From NCBI GenBank assembly GCA_028343845.1, contig JAOLZO010000004.1:1-64000 (forward strand): DNA of 64,000 nucleotides, written 5' to 3'. This stretch comes from Verrucomicrobiota bacterium. Lineage in GTDB: Bacteria; Verrucomicrobiota; Verrucomicrobiia; Opitutales; Seribacteraceae. The position numbers and the translations under genes are program-made. Below the pieces are notes generated by a model that worked only from the letters and a program-made list of their open reading frames with translations, was not told the DNA's origin and searched no databases. Positions 1 through 7,785 of this stretch are shown here, one piece after another (the first letter of the stretch is position 1; each line of letters opens with the position of its first letter).

Positions 1-1
1 T

Positions 2-934
2 TTGGGTCATCTCGGTTCGACCGGACATCCCAACAAACAGGGCTTTGATTTCTTTTACGGCTACCTCGACCAAGGCGAAGCCCATGACTACTACCCCGAA
101 CATCTCTACCGCAACGAGACCAAGGAAAAGCTCCCCGGGAACGTCAACAGCGGCAAGCGCAACGTCTCGTCCAAGAAGGTCACCTATGCCCACGACCGGC
201 TCACCGAGGAAGCGCTCGGCTTTATCCAAAGAAACCACAAGAAGCCCTTCTATCTCAATTTGACTTGGAACATCCCGCACACCAACAACGAGGCCAAGGG
301 CAACGGACAGGAAGTGCCCAGCCACGGTATCTACGAGAAAGAAGACTGGCCCGAACCGGAAAAGGGATTCGCCGCGATGATCACGCTCATGGACAAGGAT
401 ATGGGCAAAATCCTCGACCTGTTAAAAAAGCTCAAAATCGAGAAGAACACTCTCGTCATCTTCACTTCCGACAATGGTCCCCATAACGAGGGAGGACACA
501 AAGTGGGCTTCTTCAATTCCAGCGGCCCCCTCAAAGGTTACAAGCGCTCCCTCCATGACGGTGGCATCCGCGTGCCCATGATCGCATGGTGGCCGGAAAC
601 GATCAAACCCGGTCAAAGCGATCTCCCGTCGGCCTTTTGGGACTGGCTCCCCACCGCCTGCGAACTCGCTGGAGTCGGGCATCCCTCAGACGTTGACGGA
701 CTGTCCTTTGCCCCCACCCTTCTGGGGAAAGGCAAGCAAGCCAAGCATGAGTACCTCTTCTGGAGATGGAGCCGATTCCGGGCAGTCCGCATGGGAAAAT
801 GGAAAGGCGTGCAAACGGACAAGAAAGTCGCCCTCTATGACCTGAGCAAAGACATTGGCGAGGAAAAGGACGTGGCCGCGAACAACCCCTCCGTGGCCAA
901 ACGGATCAAGGCCATCATCGACGAGCTCGAATAA
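2..934 (+). CDS. S1-family sulfatase (arylsulfatase-like), C-terminal portion. The 5' end and the Cys/Ser-x-P-x-R motif lie upstream of the window.
   Basis: The translation (GHLGSTGHPNKQGFDFFYGYLDQ...FTSDNGPH...GYKRSLHDGGIRVPMIAWWP...KDIGEEKDVAANNP) matches the conserved C-terminal sulfatase core. The frame is open from base 2 and the initial 'M' is a TTG artefact of the ORF caller. Confidence 0.85.
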   Translation: MGHLGSTGHPNKQGFDFFYGYLDQGEAHDYYPEHLYRNETKEKLPGNVNSGKRNVSSKKVTYAHDRLTEEALGFIQRNHKKPFYLNLTWNIPHTNNEAKGNGQEVPSHGIYEKEDWPEPEKGFAAMITLMDKDMGKILDLLKKLKIEKNTLVIFTSDNGPHNEGGHKVGFFNSSGPLKGYKRSLHDGGIRVPMIAWWPETIKPGQSDLPSAFWDWLPTACELAGVGHPSDVDGLSFAPTLLGKGKQAKHEYLFWRWSRFRAVRMGKWKGVQTDKKVALYDLSKDIGEEKDVAANNPSVAKRIKAIIDELE

Positions 935-936
935 GC

Positions 937-1731
937 TTAGCGGACTTCCAAGCCCTCGATGGTCTTCTCGAAGTCGGCCATCAGGTTGATCACGGCCTGT
1001 ACTCCGGCCTCGAGAATCTGCTCGCCTTTTTCAGCCGTTCCTTTGCCCGCATCCCCCCAAGTCCCCGATTTGGTCATCCGGTATACGCTCCCCGGCGAGG
1101 AAAAGAAGACCGCGTTGTGCAAGGCGGGGGAATTGGTGATGGTCTCAGGAAAATTCGGGAACTCGGCATTGGCCTTTTCCATGTCGACCCAGTCGGGGTT
1201 GATTGCAAGGAGCATGGAGACTTCCCCGTCCCCCGCATGCAAACCCTTGCCGTCTTCGGTCATCAGAGCAAATTGTTCAGGGGTCAGACCGTCGTAGTAG
1301 TTAAAGGGAAAGGCCCTCGCTCCTTCCGGCATGGTCTCGGCGGCTTGGGCGCAGGCATAGGCCAAGGCATAGGTATTGTCATAGTGGCCATTGAGAAAGA
1401 CGATTCTCTTGAATCCGGCCTTGGCAAAGGAAAGAGCCAGCTCTTTGACCACGGCCATGAAGGTCTCTATGCTCAGGCTGAATTCGCTCGTAAACCCCTT
1501 GTGCGGATAGGACAAGGTGTAGGCCAAAGGGGGCGCCACCAAGGCATTCCCCTCCCGTTCGCAGATCCGGCGGGCAATCTCCCTCGGGATAAAGACGTCC
1601 GTCCCGATGGCGGCGTGGGGACCGTGTTGCTCGGTCGCGCCGACCGGGACGTATAGAGTGGAATGGGATTTGAGAAACTCCTCGATCTCAAGGTTCGTAT
1701 TCTCGTCTAAAAAGACTGACTTTTTCTTCAT
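937..1731 (-). CDS. Creatininase-family amidohydrolase (creatinine amidohydrolase/ArfB/MftE-like).
   Basis: The motif VPVGATEQHGPHAAIGTD and the overall length and pattern fit the creatininase fold. The true start is probably MKKKSVF at 1731; the tracked ORF extends upstream to 1848 with no supporting signal. Confidence 0.75.
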   Translation of the reverse strand: MKKKSVFLDENTNLEIEEFLKSHSTLYVPVGATEQHGPHAAIGTDVFIPREIARRICEREGNALVAPPLAYTLSYPHKGFTSEFSLSIETFMAVVKELALSFAKAGFKRIVFLNGHYDNTYALAYACAQAAETMPEGARAFPFNYYDGLTPEQFALMTEDGKGLHAGDGEVSMLLAINPDWVDMEKANAEFPNFPETITNSPALHNAVFFSSPGSVYRMTKSGTWGDAGKGTAEKGEQILEAGVQAVINLMADFEKTIEGLEVR

Positions 1732-1860
1732 GGCAAAAAACGGTTGGGATTGGAACGGATGCGCACTCCATGCATGCAAAACTATTTGGTCCTGTCCATG
1801 GCAAACCAACCTGAAAGAGAAATCGCAATTTTCTTCCAATCTTGGCAAAGAAGGGTTCGA

Positions 1861-2316
1861 ATGTCCGTGATGGATGACATCGAGACCATAACGGATGAAC
1901 CCGAAGAACCGGAAGGCGAGGAACCATGGTGCCTAACCTGTCGGGGATACACCGACTACCGGAGGAAATGGTCTACTGTTTCCCGGGCTGATACGGACGG
2001 CGGAACCTATTCGGACGTTGTGGAAACCCCGCATTGCATCGACTGCGTACAACCCATGCATAAGATCGGCACTTGCAGGAATCTGGTCTGGGCGATGAAT
2101 TCACTCGCTTGCGCGACATGGACGATTGCCTTGCTTACGACCCTCACCCTTTTCGACCTTTCAGCAGGAAGCGTTCTTGGTTTTGCCCTCAGCTCCGTCC
2201 TCTGCCTGGGAATAAGCCGAGTTCCTGCGAAATCCAGAAAAGTCCTCCGGGCATGGAAAAGATGGAAGCAAGAGGAAGCGCTTAAGGAACTGATGGACCA
2301 AATCCCCAAGCAATGA
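1861..2316 (+). CDS. Hypothetical small membrane protein with an N-terminal zinc ribbon (two CxxC pairs) and two predicted TM helices.
   Basis: WCLTCRGY and HCIDCVQ form the zinc-ribbon pairs, followed by the hydrophobic stretches LACATWTIALLTTLTLF and VLGFALSSVLCLGI. I chose the start at MSVMDD (1861) because the tracked start at 1744 would abut the divergent creatininase start. The stop overlaps the EamA start by 4 bp (ATGA), implying an operon. Confidence 0.4.
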   Translation: MSVMDDIETITDEPEEPEGEEPWCLTCRGYTDYRRKWSTVSRADTDGGTYSDVVETPHCIDCVQPMHKIGTCRNLVWAMNSLACATWTIALLTTLTLFDLSAGSVLGFALSSVLCLGISRVPAKSRKVLRAWKRWKQEEALKELMDQIPKQ

Positions 2317-3194
2317 ACCGAAAGGCAGGATTTGTTTTGGCTCTTGGTGTGATTGGAGTATCCATGGGTTCTCTCTTCGTGCGCTTGGCAGACTCGCCCG
2401 CCCTTGCCACCGCCGCCTACCGGATGACCTTTTCATTCCTGATGCTTCTGCCTTTCGCATTGCTCAAGACCCGCAAGGAAATCTTCAGTCTGTCCAAGCG
2501 GGAGATTGGAGCCTGCGCGTTGGCAGGTTTTTTCCTCGCTGCGCATTTCGGAACATGGATCAGTTCGCTCGATCACACCTCGGTCGCAAACAGCGTGGTT
2601 CTTGTAAACACCATCCCCATTTGGGTCGGGATCATCGGGCCCTTGGCCATCGGGGAAAAAGCGAATCGTTCCTTTTGGCTCGCCTGCGGACTGTGCCTGA
2701 CCGGTGCCTTCGTCCTCTGCGGCAAGGGTTTCAGCCTTCGTTTCGACACCCTGACGGGAGACGGTCTTGCCTTGACCGGAGCCTTTTTCGTAGCCCTCTA
2801 CCTGATGATCGGCCGAAACCTCAGGAAAAAACTTTCGCTCCTTGCCTACGCCACCGTATGCTACGGATCGGCCTCCGTTTTTCTTTGGATCGCGGTTCTG
2901 ATTTCCGGTCAGCAAGCCAATGGCTTTTCAAATGAAACTTGGATTTACCTGATCTGCCTGGCCGTGGTTTCCCAAATATTCGGACATACCCTTTACAACT
3001 GGTCGCTCCAATGGATCAAGGCGGCCATCGTTTCACTTGCCCTGCTCGGGGAACCCATCGGGGCCATCTTGCTCGCCTGGGCTTTTCTTGGGGAGACCAT
3101 CGACCTCCAGCAGGGGATCGGAGGAAGCTTGATCCTTTTCGGGGTCTACATGGTGGCTCGAAACGAGAGAAGGAAGAATTCTCAAGAAGCCTGA
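2313..3194 (+). CDS. EamA/DMT-superfamily transporter (10-TM drug/metabolite exporter).
   Basis: About ten hydrophobic helices with the duplicated EamA pattern (MGSLFVRLA...; GEPIGAILLAWAFLGE). Length 293 aa. Confidence 0.8.
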   Translation: MNRKAGFVLALGVIGVSMGSLFVRLADSPALATAAYRMTFSFLMLLPFALLKTRKEIFSLSKREIGACALAGFFLAAHFGTWISSLDHTSVANSVVLVNTIPIWVGIIGPLAIGEKANRSFWLACGLCLTGAFVLCGKGFSLRFDTLTGDGLALTGAFFVALYLMIGRNLRKKLSLLAYATVCYGSASVFLWIAVLISGQQANGFSNETWIYLICLAVVSQIFGHTLYNWSLQWIKAAIVSLALLGEPIGAILLAWAFLGETIDLQQGIGGSLILFGVYMVARNERRKNSQEA

Positions 3195-3240
3195 GGCGAG
3201 AAGCCGTTGACCAGGGCCACACAACCCACGATTAGGCACA
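3181..3240. repeat. Left copy of a ~60 bp imperfect direct repeat. It is a decayed duplicate of the 3' end of the SMR gene at 7380-7709.
   Basis: ctcaagaagcctgaggcgagaagccgttgaccagGgccac... matches 7379-7438 at 39 of the first 40 positions, then at ~70%. On the minus strand it would encode ...LCLIVGCVALVNGFSPQAS*, compared with the SMR C-terminus ...LCLIVFGVALVNGFSPQAS*. Confidence 0.8.
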
Positions 3241-3362
3241 GTCCCGAAGTGTCAGACAATGCCTTTCGATTGAAAATTTCTTTCACCTTGAGTTATTTGG
3301 TTACCTTCATCTACACTTTGTTTATCTGATCCATTCGGATCAGGCATCCATCTATCCACCTC

Positions 3363-6300
3363 ATGACAAGGGAACTTATCTTTACCAGCGTACCTGTCGG
3401 TCTCGAACCGGGCAGATCCGGATACTGCACCGTTGCAAGGAGCAGAGACATTCCAGGAAAGATGGTTCGGGAGATCGAGAAACTCAGCGTACTAGACCTT
3501 TCCCAGTCGACCCACTCGGCTCCCGAGGTTTCCTCTTTCCGCATCATCGAATCGGGCAACTCGATTCACTTTCTCCTCTCCCGCACGCGGAGCGCCGGCA
3601 CCGATTACACCAATCGAACCAACTATATCTCCCACCATTTGATTTTCTCCCCCGAGGATGTTGCCGGCCTTCCTCCTCCCAGCGCGATTCTCGATCAGTG
3701 GACGGGATGGAAGGACGGATGGGATGAGCAACCAAGGTATTTGGATTCGGAATCCGGATACGACTTTTCGGCCATCGATCCCGGGGATTCGAAAAAGTTG
3801 AACACTTGGAGAGCGTGGACCGAGGATTCCGCCAATGCGAAAATTCTTGGCAAAGGGCATTCCATCCTGCGCACGGCACCGGGGGACGAGACCTTTCTGC
3901 TCCGCCTGTATTCCGAATCCTGTTCTCTTCTTGCATCACCTTCCGATGCCTGGAACTTTCCCTTTACCACCTATCTTCAGCCCATGGACAACGCCGAGGA
4001 TTTCGTCTGGATCGGAGGGTGGGAAGGTTCCCCGGCCGACAAAATAGACGTCGGTTCGTCGATCAGTTTCATCGGACTCGATCCCTTTGACGAAAAATTA
4101 TTGTACCAAGGAATCGAAGAAACCATCCCGCAGGAAACCGAAAGGACTTCAATCGAAATGGCGGAGGAGGAAATTCCGGTCGAAGAACTGCTCAAGGAAG
4201 AGGAACCCGTTGAGCTCGCTCCTCAAGACACAGTCGAAACGAACCCCGAGGAAGTTGCCTCCATCTCCTATTCGGCATCGCAAAAGGACGAAGAGTCATG
4301 GAAGCCCTCCCAGGAGGACCCCGGTTACCAGTCCCTTGAAGAGGAGAAGCCACCCGCTCCCCAGGCCGTAGCTCCGGCCGAGACCCATGCCCAGACCCAA
4401 CCCGAGCCCATACGACGGGAGAGTGCCCCCGTTCGCTCTTCGAAAAAGACCAAGGAGAAACCCCGGAGGCGCAAGCCGGCCAAGGCAAAGACTTCCGCTT
4501 CCCAAGACACCCGAAAAATTCTGATTTTCTGCCTGCCCTTCGCAGCCGTCTGCCTTTTTCTTCTCTCAGTGGTCGTGTTCCTGCTCGACAGAATCAACGA
4601 TCTCGAAAGACAGGTTTCCGAGAATACGGGAAGGATCGAAAACCTTGACTCCCTCAAACCCGATTCATCCGGGATAGCCCAAGGGATTGAACCCATTGAC
4701 CTCGCCAGCATCCCGCCCGACCAGATGCGCTCCCCCTTTGCTTCATCAGCCAAGCCGGCAACCCCCAAGCCCGTCTCGCCCCCGGCCAAGCCAACACCTC
4801 CCCCAACCGTCAACAAGCCTACGCAACAAAACCGCCCTCCGGCGCCGGTCGCACCCACCCCAAAGCCAGCGCCTGCTCCCCCATCCTCTCCTCTTCCCGT
4901 TCCACCTGCCAGCCCACCCGTCCCGAGCGCCGGCAAGGACTTACCTGCCTTGGCCCCGCAAAACCTCAAGGACCTCCACATCCTGTTCCACGTCGATGGG
5001 AGCGGTTCGATGCTTCAATTGAGAAACTACCTAAAAAAGGCTAGGGACACGAACCTAAAGGAAGCCCTCCTGCCCTTCTATGACAACGACGAGTCGATCT
5101 ACGATAAGAGAGTCCTCGTCGTCGACGGGATGATGGGGGAGCGGACCCTCAGGTTCTTCGCCCAAGCCGCCGAAAAGAAAAAGGTACTGGCCTTTGTTTT
5201 TCAGGAAGAAGCCCAACCCGATTATAACTTGCCGAGTGAGAACAAGAATCCGACTACCGCATATTCGAGCGACCTGCGACTCCTGCAAAGCAAGCTCACA
5301 GGCAGGGACCCCGATGACTTGTATCGGGGGATCATGTTCCAAGTGGATCGGGGCAAGACTTATGCCGGAAGCTTCAAGGAATTTGTCACCAATGCCTGGC
5401 AAGGAAAAGGGTACTTGGCCGGAGCCGGTCAAAGCCTCGCACAGTACCACTTTTCGAGAAATGCGGGGCATGTCCGAAACGGAAACGGGATCGTATTCGC
5501 GGACGAATATCACTTAAAGTCAGAGTCGACGCCCGAGCGTATCCTTCAAAGGGTCAAAAGCGTTCTTCTGAAGGTCGGGATTCCCCTCGATCGCAATGCT
5601 CTCCTTGAAAAACTGCAGAGGAATTCTCTCCCCTTGCGGACATGGACCGATCTGAATGGAAATTCCATGCGGGCCAGGCTCCTGCAGGTTTCCGGGGACA
5701 AGGTTCGCATCCTCCGTGAGGACGGTGAGGACTTCATCTCCCCGATCGCTCTTTTTTCCCGCGCCGATCGTACCTATATCAAGGCATTCGAGAAAGAGGA
5801 GGCAAAAATTCGGGCATTCGTAGAGTGGGATCCCAAGCGTAAACCCTTCGCGGGATTGGGTGATCCCCTCGCGCCCCAACCCAAGCCTAATAAGCCCGCT
5901 CAAGCAGGCTTCCCGTTGCGGACATGGACCGATCTGAATGGAAATTCCATGCGGGCCAGGCTCCTGCAGGTTTCCGGCGACAAGGTTCGCATCCTGCGCG
6001 AGGACGGTGAGGAATTCGTCTCCCCGATCGCTCTTTTTTCCGCACCAGACCGTGCCTTCATCAAGGCATTCCAGGGACAAATCGCCCAAGCACAGCCTGC
6101 CCAACCGGTTCGGCCTCCCCCTCCGGCCGGGAGACCTGACCCCAAATTCAAAGACTACCCCAAAGGGCTTCACGACAGAGCCTGGACGGACAAGGGCGGA
6201 AACAAGATCCAAGCCTACCTTTGGGGCTACGTCCCGGAAGCCGATGCGATATGCCTAGTCAAGAACACCCCGGATGGACCCAACCTTCTCTATCCCAAAA

Positions 6301-7298
6301 TCAGCGAGATGGCATTCTCCGCGGCGGATGAGAATTACCTCAAGGCATTCAGGGCCTGGCGGGAAAGCGTCCTTCGTCCCTATCGCGAAAAACTACCTGA
6401 AATGGTACGCATACCGGCAGGCAAATTTCTAATGGGTAGTCCGCCCTTTGAAGAAGGGAGGAAAAGGGAGGAAACTCAGCACGAGGTTACAATCTCGAAT
6501 AGTTTTCTAATGGCAAAGTATAAAGTGTCTAAAGGAGAATGGATATCCGTAATGGGAAATTTGATTGAGGTAAAATCTAATAAAGGAATAAGTAAAATCC
6601 CATTACCCTCTCATGGTGCGTGGAGCAATCATACGCGTCCCGGGAGCAGTCAAACAGTAAATCGATCTAAAAAGTATATGCAAGGATATGTCGGGAATTT
6701 TTTTGAGGAAACCCCCGTGAATGCTTGGTACGATCACGCTAGGGAATATTGCCGTAAACTTACTGAACTACATAGAGAAAAGGGTCTCATTGGAAAGGAT
6801 CTTATTTACAGATTACCAACTGAAGCCGAGTTCGAATATGCCCTTCGAGCTGGAACCAAAACCGCCTATTTTTGGGGGAACAATCGAGAAGAAGGAAAAC
6901 CTTACGGACTTGATTACAGAAGTTCTTCTGATCGGTTGCCTAATAATGTAGGTACACTTGGCAAGCCTAATCCGTGGGGTTTGTACGACTTGGTCGATTC
7001 AAAATGGGGTGGTCAGTTTATATCTGATAAAGCTAGAAACTACGAAGAAGGAGGTGCAGCGTTCAATCCTGCGGGGAAAAAAACTGATCCAGTTGGAGAA
7101 ACGCCCAAAAATCTGAAGATTTCCGATGGCAGCAACTTCCGAGGACTAAAAACTCCTTTCAGCGATGAAAATTTTTACGTTTCTTCTTATGTATTTGGGC
7201 TTGTAGTCAAAAGGGGCAGCTCAAGGAGTGCTGCAAGACCAGTGACAGATCAAGGATTAGGCCATTTCCGAATCGTCCTCGCTAAGCCAATCCCGTGA
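3363..7298 (+). CDS. Giant multidomain single-pass membrane protein. It has an uncharacterized ~300-aa N-terminal domain, an acidic/Pro-rich linker, a TM helix (ILIFCLPFAAVCLFLLSVVVFLL), a Pro/Ala-rich low-complexity region, a vWA-like domain (DLHILFHVDGSGSM, DxSxS MIDAS-like), two near-identical SHD1-like (SLA1 homology) repeats plus a degenerate third, and a C-terminal FGE-sulfatase/SUMF1-like domain.
   Basis: A single 1311-aa ORF. The SHD1-like repeat is RTWTDLNGNSMRARLLQVSGDKVRILREDGEEFVSPIALFS. The C-terminal segment MVRIPAGKFLMGSP...RLPTEAEFEYALRAGT...NPWGLYDL fits the PF03781-type FGE/SUMF1 fold, but I could not recognise the catalytic Cys pair of true FGEs. The N-terminal MTRELIFTSVPVGLEPGRSGYCTVARS has no family I can name. 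Confidence 0.8.
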   Translation: MTRELIFTSVPVGLEPGRSGYCTVARSRDIPGKMVREIEKLSVLDLSQSTHSAPEVSSFRIIESGNSIHFLLSRTRSAGTDYTNRTNYISHHLIFSPEDVAGLPPPSAILDQWTGWKDGWDEQPRYLDSESGYDFSAIDPGDSKKLNTWRAWTEDSANAKILGKGHSILRTAPGDETFLLRLYSESCSLLASPSDAWNFPFTTYLQPMDNAEDFVWIGGWEGSPADKIDVGSSISFIGLDPFDEKLLYQGIEETIPQETERTSIEMAEEEIPVEELLKEEEPVELAPQDTVETNPEEVASISYSASQKDEESWKPSQEDPGYQSLEEEKPPAPQAVAPAETHAQTQPEPIRRESAPVRSSKKTKEKPRRRKPAKAKTSASQDTRKILIFCLPFAAVCLFLLSVVVFLLDRINDLERQVSENTGRIENLDSLKPDSSGIAQGIEPIDLASIPPDQMRSPFASSAKPATPKPVSPPAKPTPPPTVNKPTQQNRPPAPVAPTPKPAPAPPSSPLPVPPASPPVPSAGKDLPALAPQNLKDLHILFHVDGSGSMLQLRNYLKKARDTNLKEALLPFYDNDESIYDKRVLVVDGMMGERTLRFFAQAAEKKKVLAFVFQEEAQPDYNLPSENKNPTTAYSSDLRLLQSKLTGRDPDDLYRGIMFQVDRGKTYAGSFKEFVTNAWQGKGYLAGAGQSLAQYHFSRNAGHVRNGNGIVFADEYHLKSESTPERILQRVKSVLLKVGIPLDRNALLEKLQRNSLPLRTWTDLNGNSMRARLLQVSGDKVRILREDGEDFISPIALFSRADRTYIKAFEKEEAKIRAFVEWDPKRKPFAGLGDPLAPQPKPNKPAQAGFPLRTWTDLNGNSMRARLLQVSGDKVRILREDGEEFVSPIALFSAPDRAFIKAFQGQIAQAQPAQPVRPPPPAGRPDPKFKDYPKGLHDRAWTDKGGNKIQAYLWGYVPEADAICLVKNTPDGPNLLYPKISEMAFSAADENYLKAFRAWRESVLRPYREKLPEMVRIPAGKFLMGSPPFEEGRKREETQHEVTISNSFLMAKYKVSKGEWISVMGNLIEVKSNKGISKIPLPSHGAWSNHTRPGSSQTVNRSKKYMQGYVGNFFEETPVNAWYDHAREYCRKLTELHREKGLIGKDLIYRLPTEAEFEYALRAGTKTAYFWGNNREEGKPYGLDYRSSSDRLPNNVGTLGKPNPWGLYDLVDSKWGGQFISDKARNYEEGGAAFNPAGKKTDPVGETPKNLKISDGSNFRGLKTPFSDENFYVSSYVFGLVVKRGSSRSAARPVTDQGLGHFRIVLAKPIP
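5631..5792 (+). repeat. Intragenic repeat unit 1 (SHD1-like module of the giant protein).
   Basis: About 130 bp is ~96% identical to 5913-6042, with only 5 mismatches, most of them synonymous or conservative (D/E, I/V). Similarity continues more weakly for ~30 bp further. Confidence 0.9.
5913..6074 (+). repeat. Intragenic repeat unit 2 (SHD1-like module).
   Basis: See unit 1. The offset between units is 282 bp, which keeps the reading frame. Confidence 0.9.
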
Positions 7299-7378
7299 GT
7301 TACCTGCATCTTCCCCTCAAGGGTGAGTCAAATTCCATTAACTCATCGAGGAACCGAACCCCGAAGGTTGACGGTAGG

Positions 7379-7438
7379 CTCAAGAAGCCTGAGGCGAGAA
7401 GCCGTTGACCAGAGCCACCCCGAACACGATCAGGCAAA
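7379..7438. repeat. Right copy of the ~60 bp direct repeat. It is the intact 3' end of the SMR gene.
   Basis: See the left copy at 3181-3240. Confidence 0.8.
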
Positions 7439-7709
7439 GGCCGGCGAGGACCTGCCAGGGAAGTGACTGGCCGTAGAGCAAGGCCCCCAAGAGAGCCACG
7501 CAAAAGACCCCCAGTCCGCTCCAAGTCGCGTAGACCACGGCGAGGGGAATTTCCTTGATGGCAAAGGTCAAAAAGTAAAACGACAACAAATACAGTGCGC
7601 AGAGGCTGACGCTCGGCACGACTTTGCTGAAGTTTTTCGAGGCTGGAAGAAGTAGGGTACCGGCTACTTCACAACCAATCGCCCCGGCTAAAAACAAGTA
7701 TTTGATCAT
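7380..7709 (-). CDS. Small multidrug resistance (SMR) family efflux protein, SugE/EmrE-like.
   Basis: 109 aa and four TM helices, with a conserved Glu in TM1 (GCEVAG) and the AVVYATWSGLG motif typical of SMR proteins. Confidence 0.85.
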   Translation of the reverse strand: MIKYLFLAGAIGCEVAGTLLLPASKNFSKVVPSVSLCALYLLSFYFLTFAIKEIPLAVVYATWSGLGVFCVALLGALLYGQSLPWQVLAGLCLIVFGVALVNGFSPQAS

Positions 7710-7785
7710 GGCCTTTCATTACCCGCTTTCCCCATCTTGGCAACCCAACCTTGCCAAAGATTTTGCTTTGTAATGAATCTGAAAC

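Noticed and set aside
1744-1860. The 5' extension of the zinc-ribbon ORF back to 1744.
   Set aside because: It would start 12 bp from the divergent creatininase start codon, leaving no room for promoters. The ATG at 1861 with an upstream AAGGG is more plausible.
4325-4981. A 218-aa Gly/Ala-rich ORF on the minus strand.
   Set aside because: It is antisense to the Pro/Ala-rich low-complexity linker of the giant gene. Poly-Pro codons (ccn) read as poly-Gly (ggn) on the opposite strand, so this is an artefact.
5631-6074. Whether the repeated ~130 bp units could be a CRISPR-like or mobile repeat.
   Set aside because: There are only two copies, both in frame inside a CDS, and both encode the same protein module. 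There are no spacers of uniform length and no cas genes.
5520-6212. A 230-aa minus-strand ORF that itself contains a repeat.
   Set aside because: It lies fully inside the 3363-7298 gene and simply mirrors the intragenic duplication on the other strand. It has no independent support.
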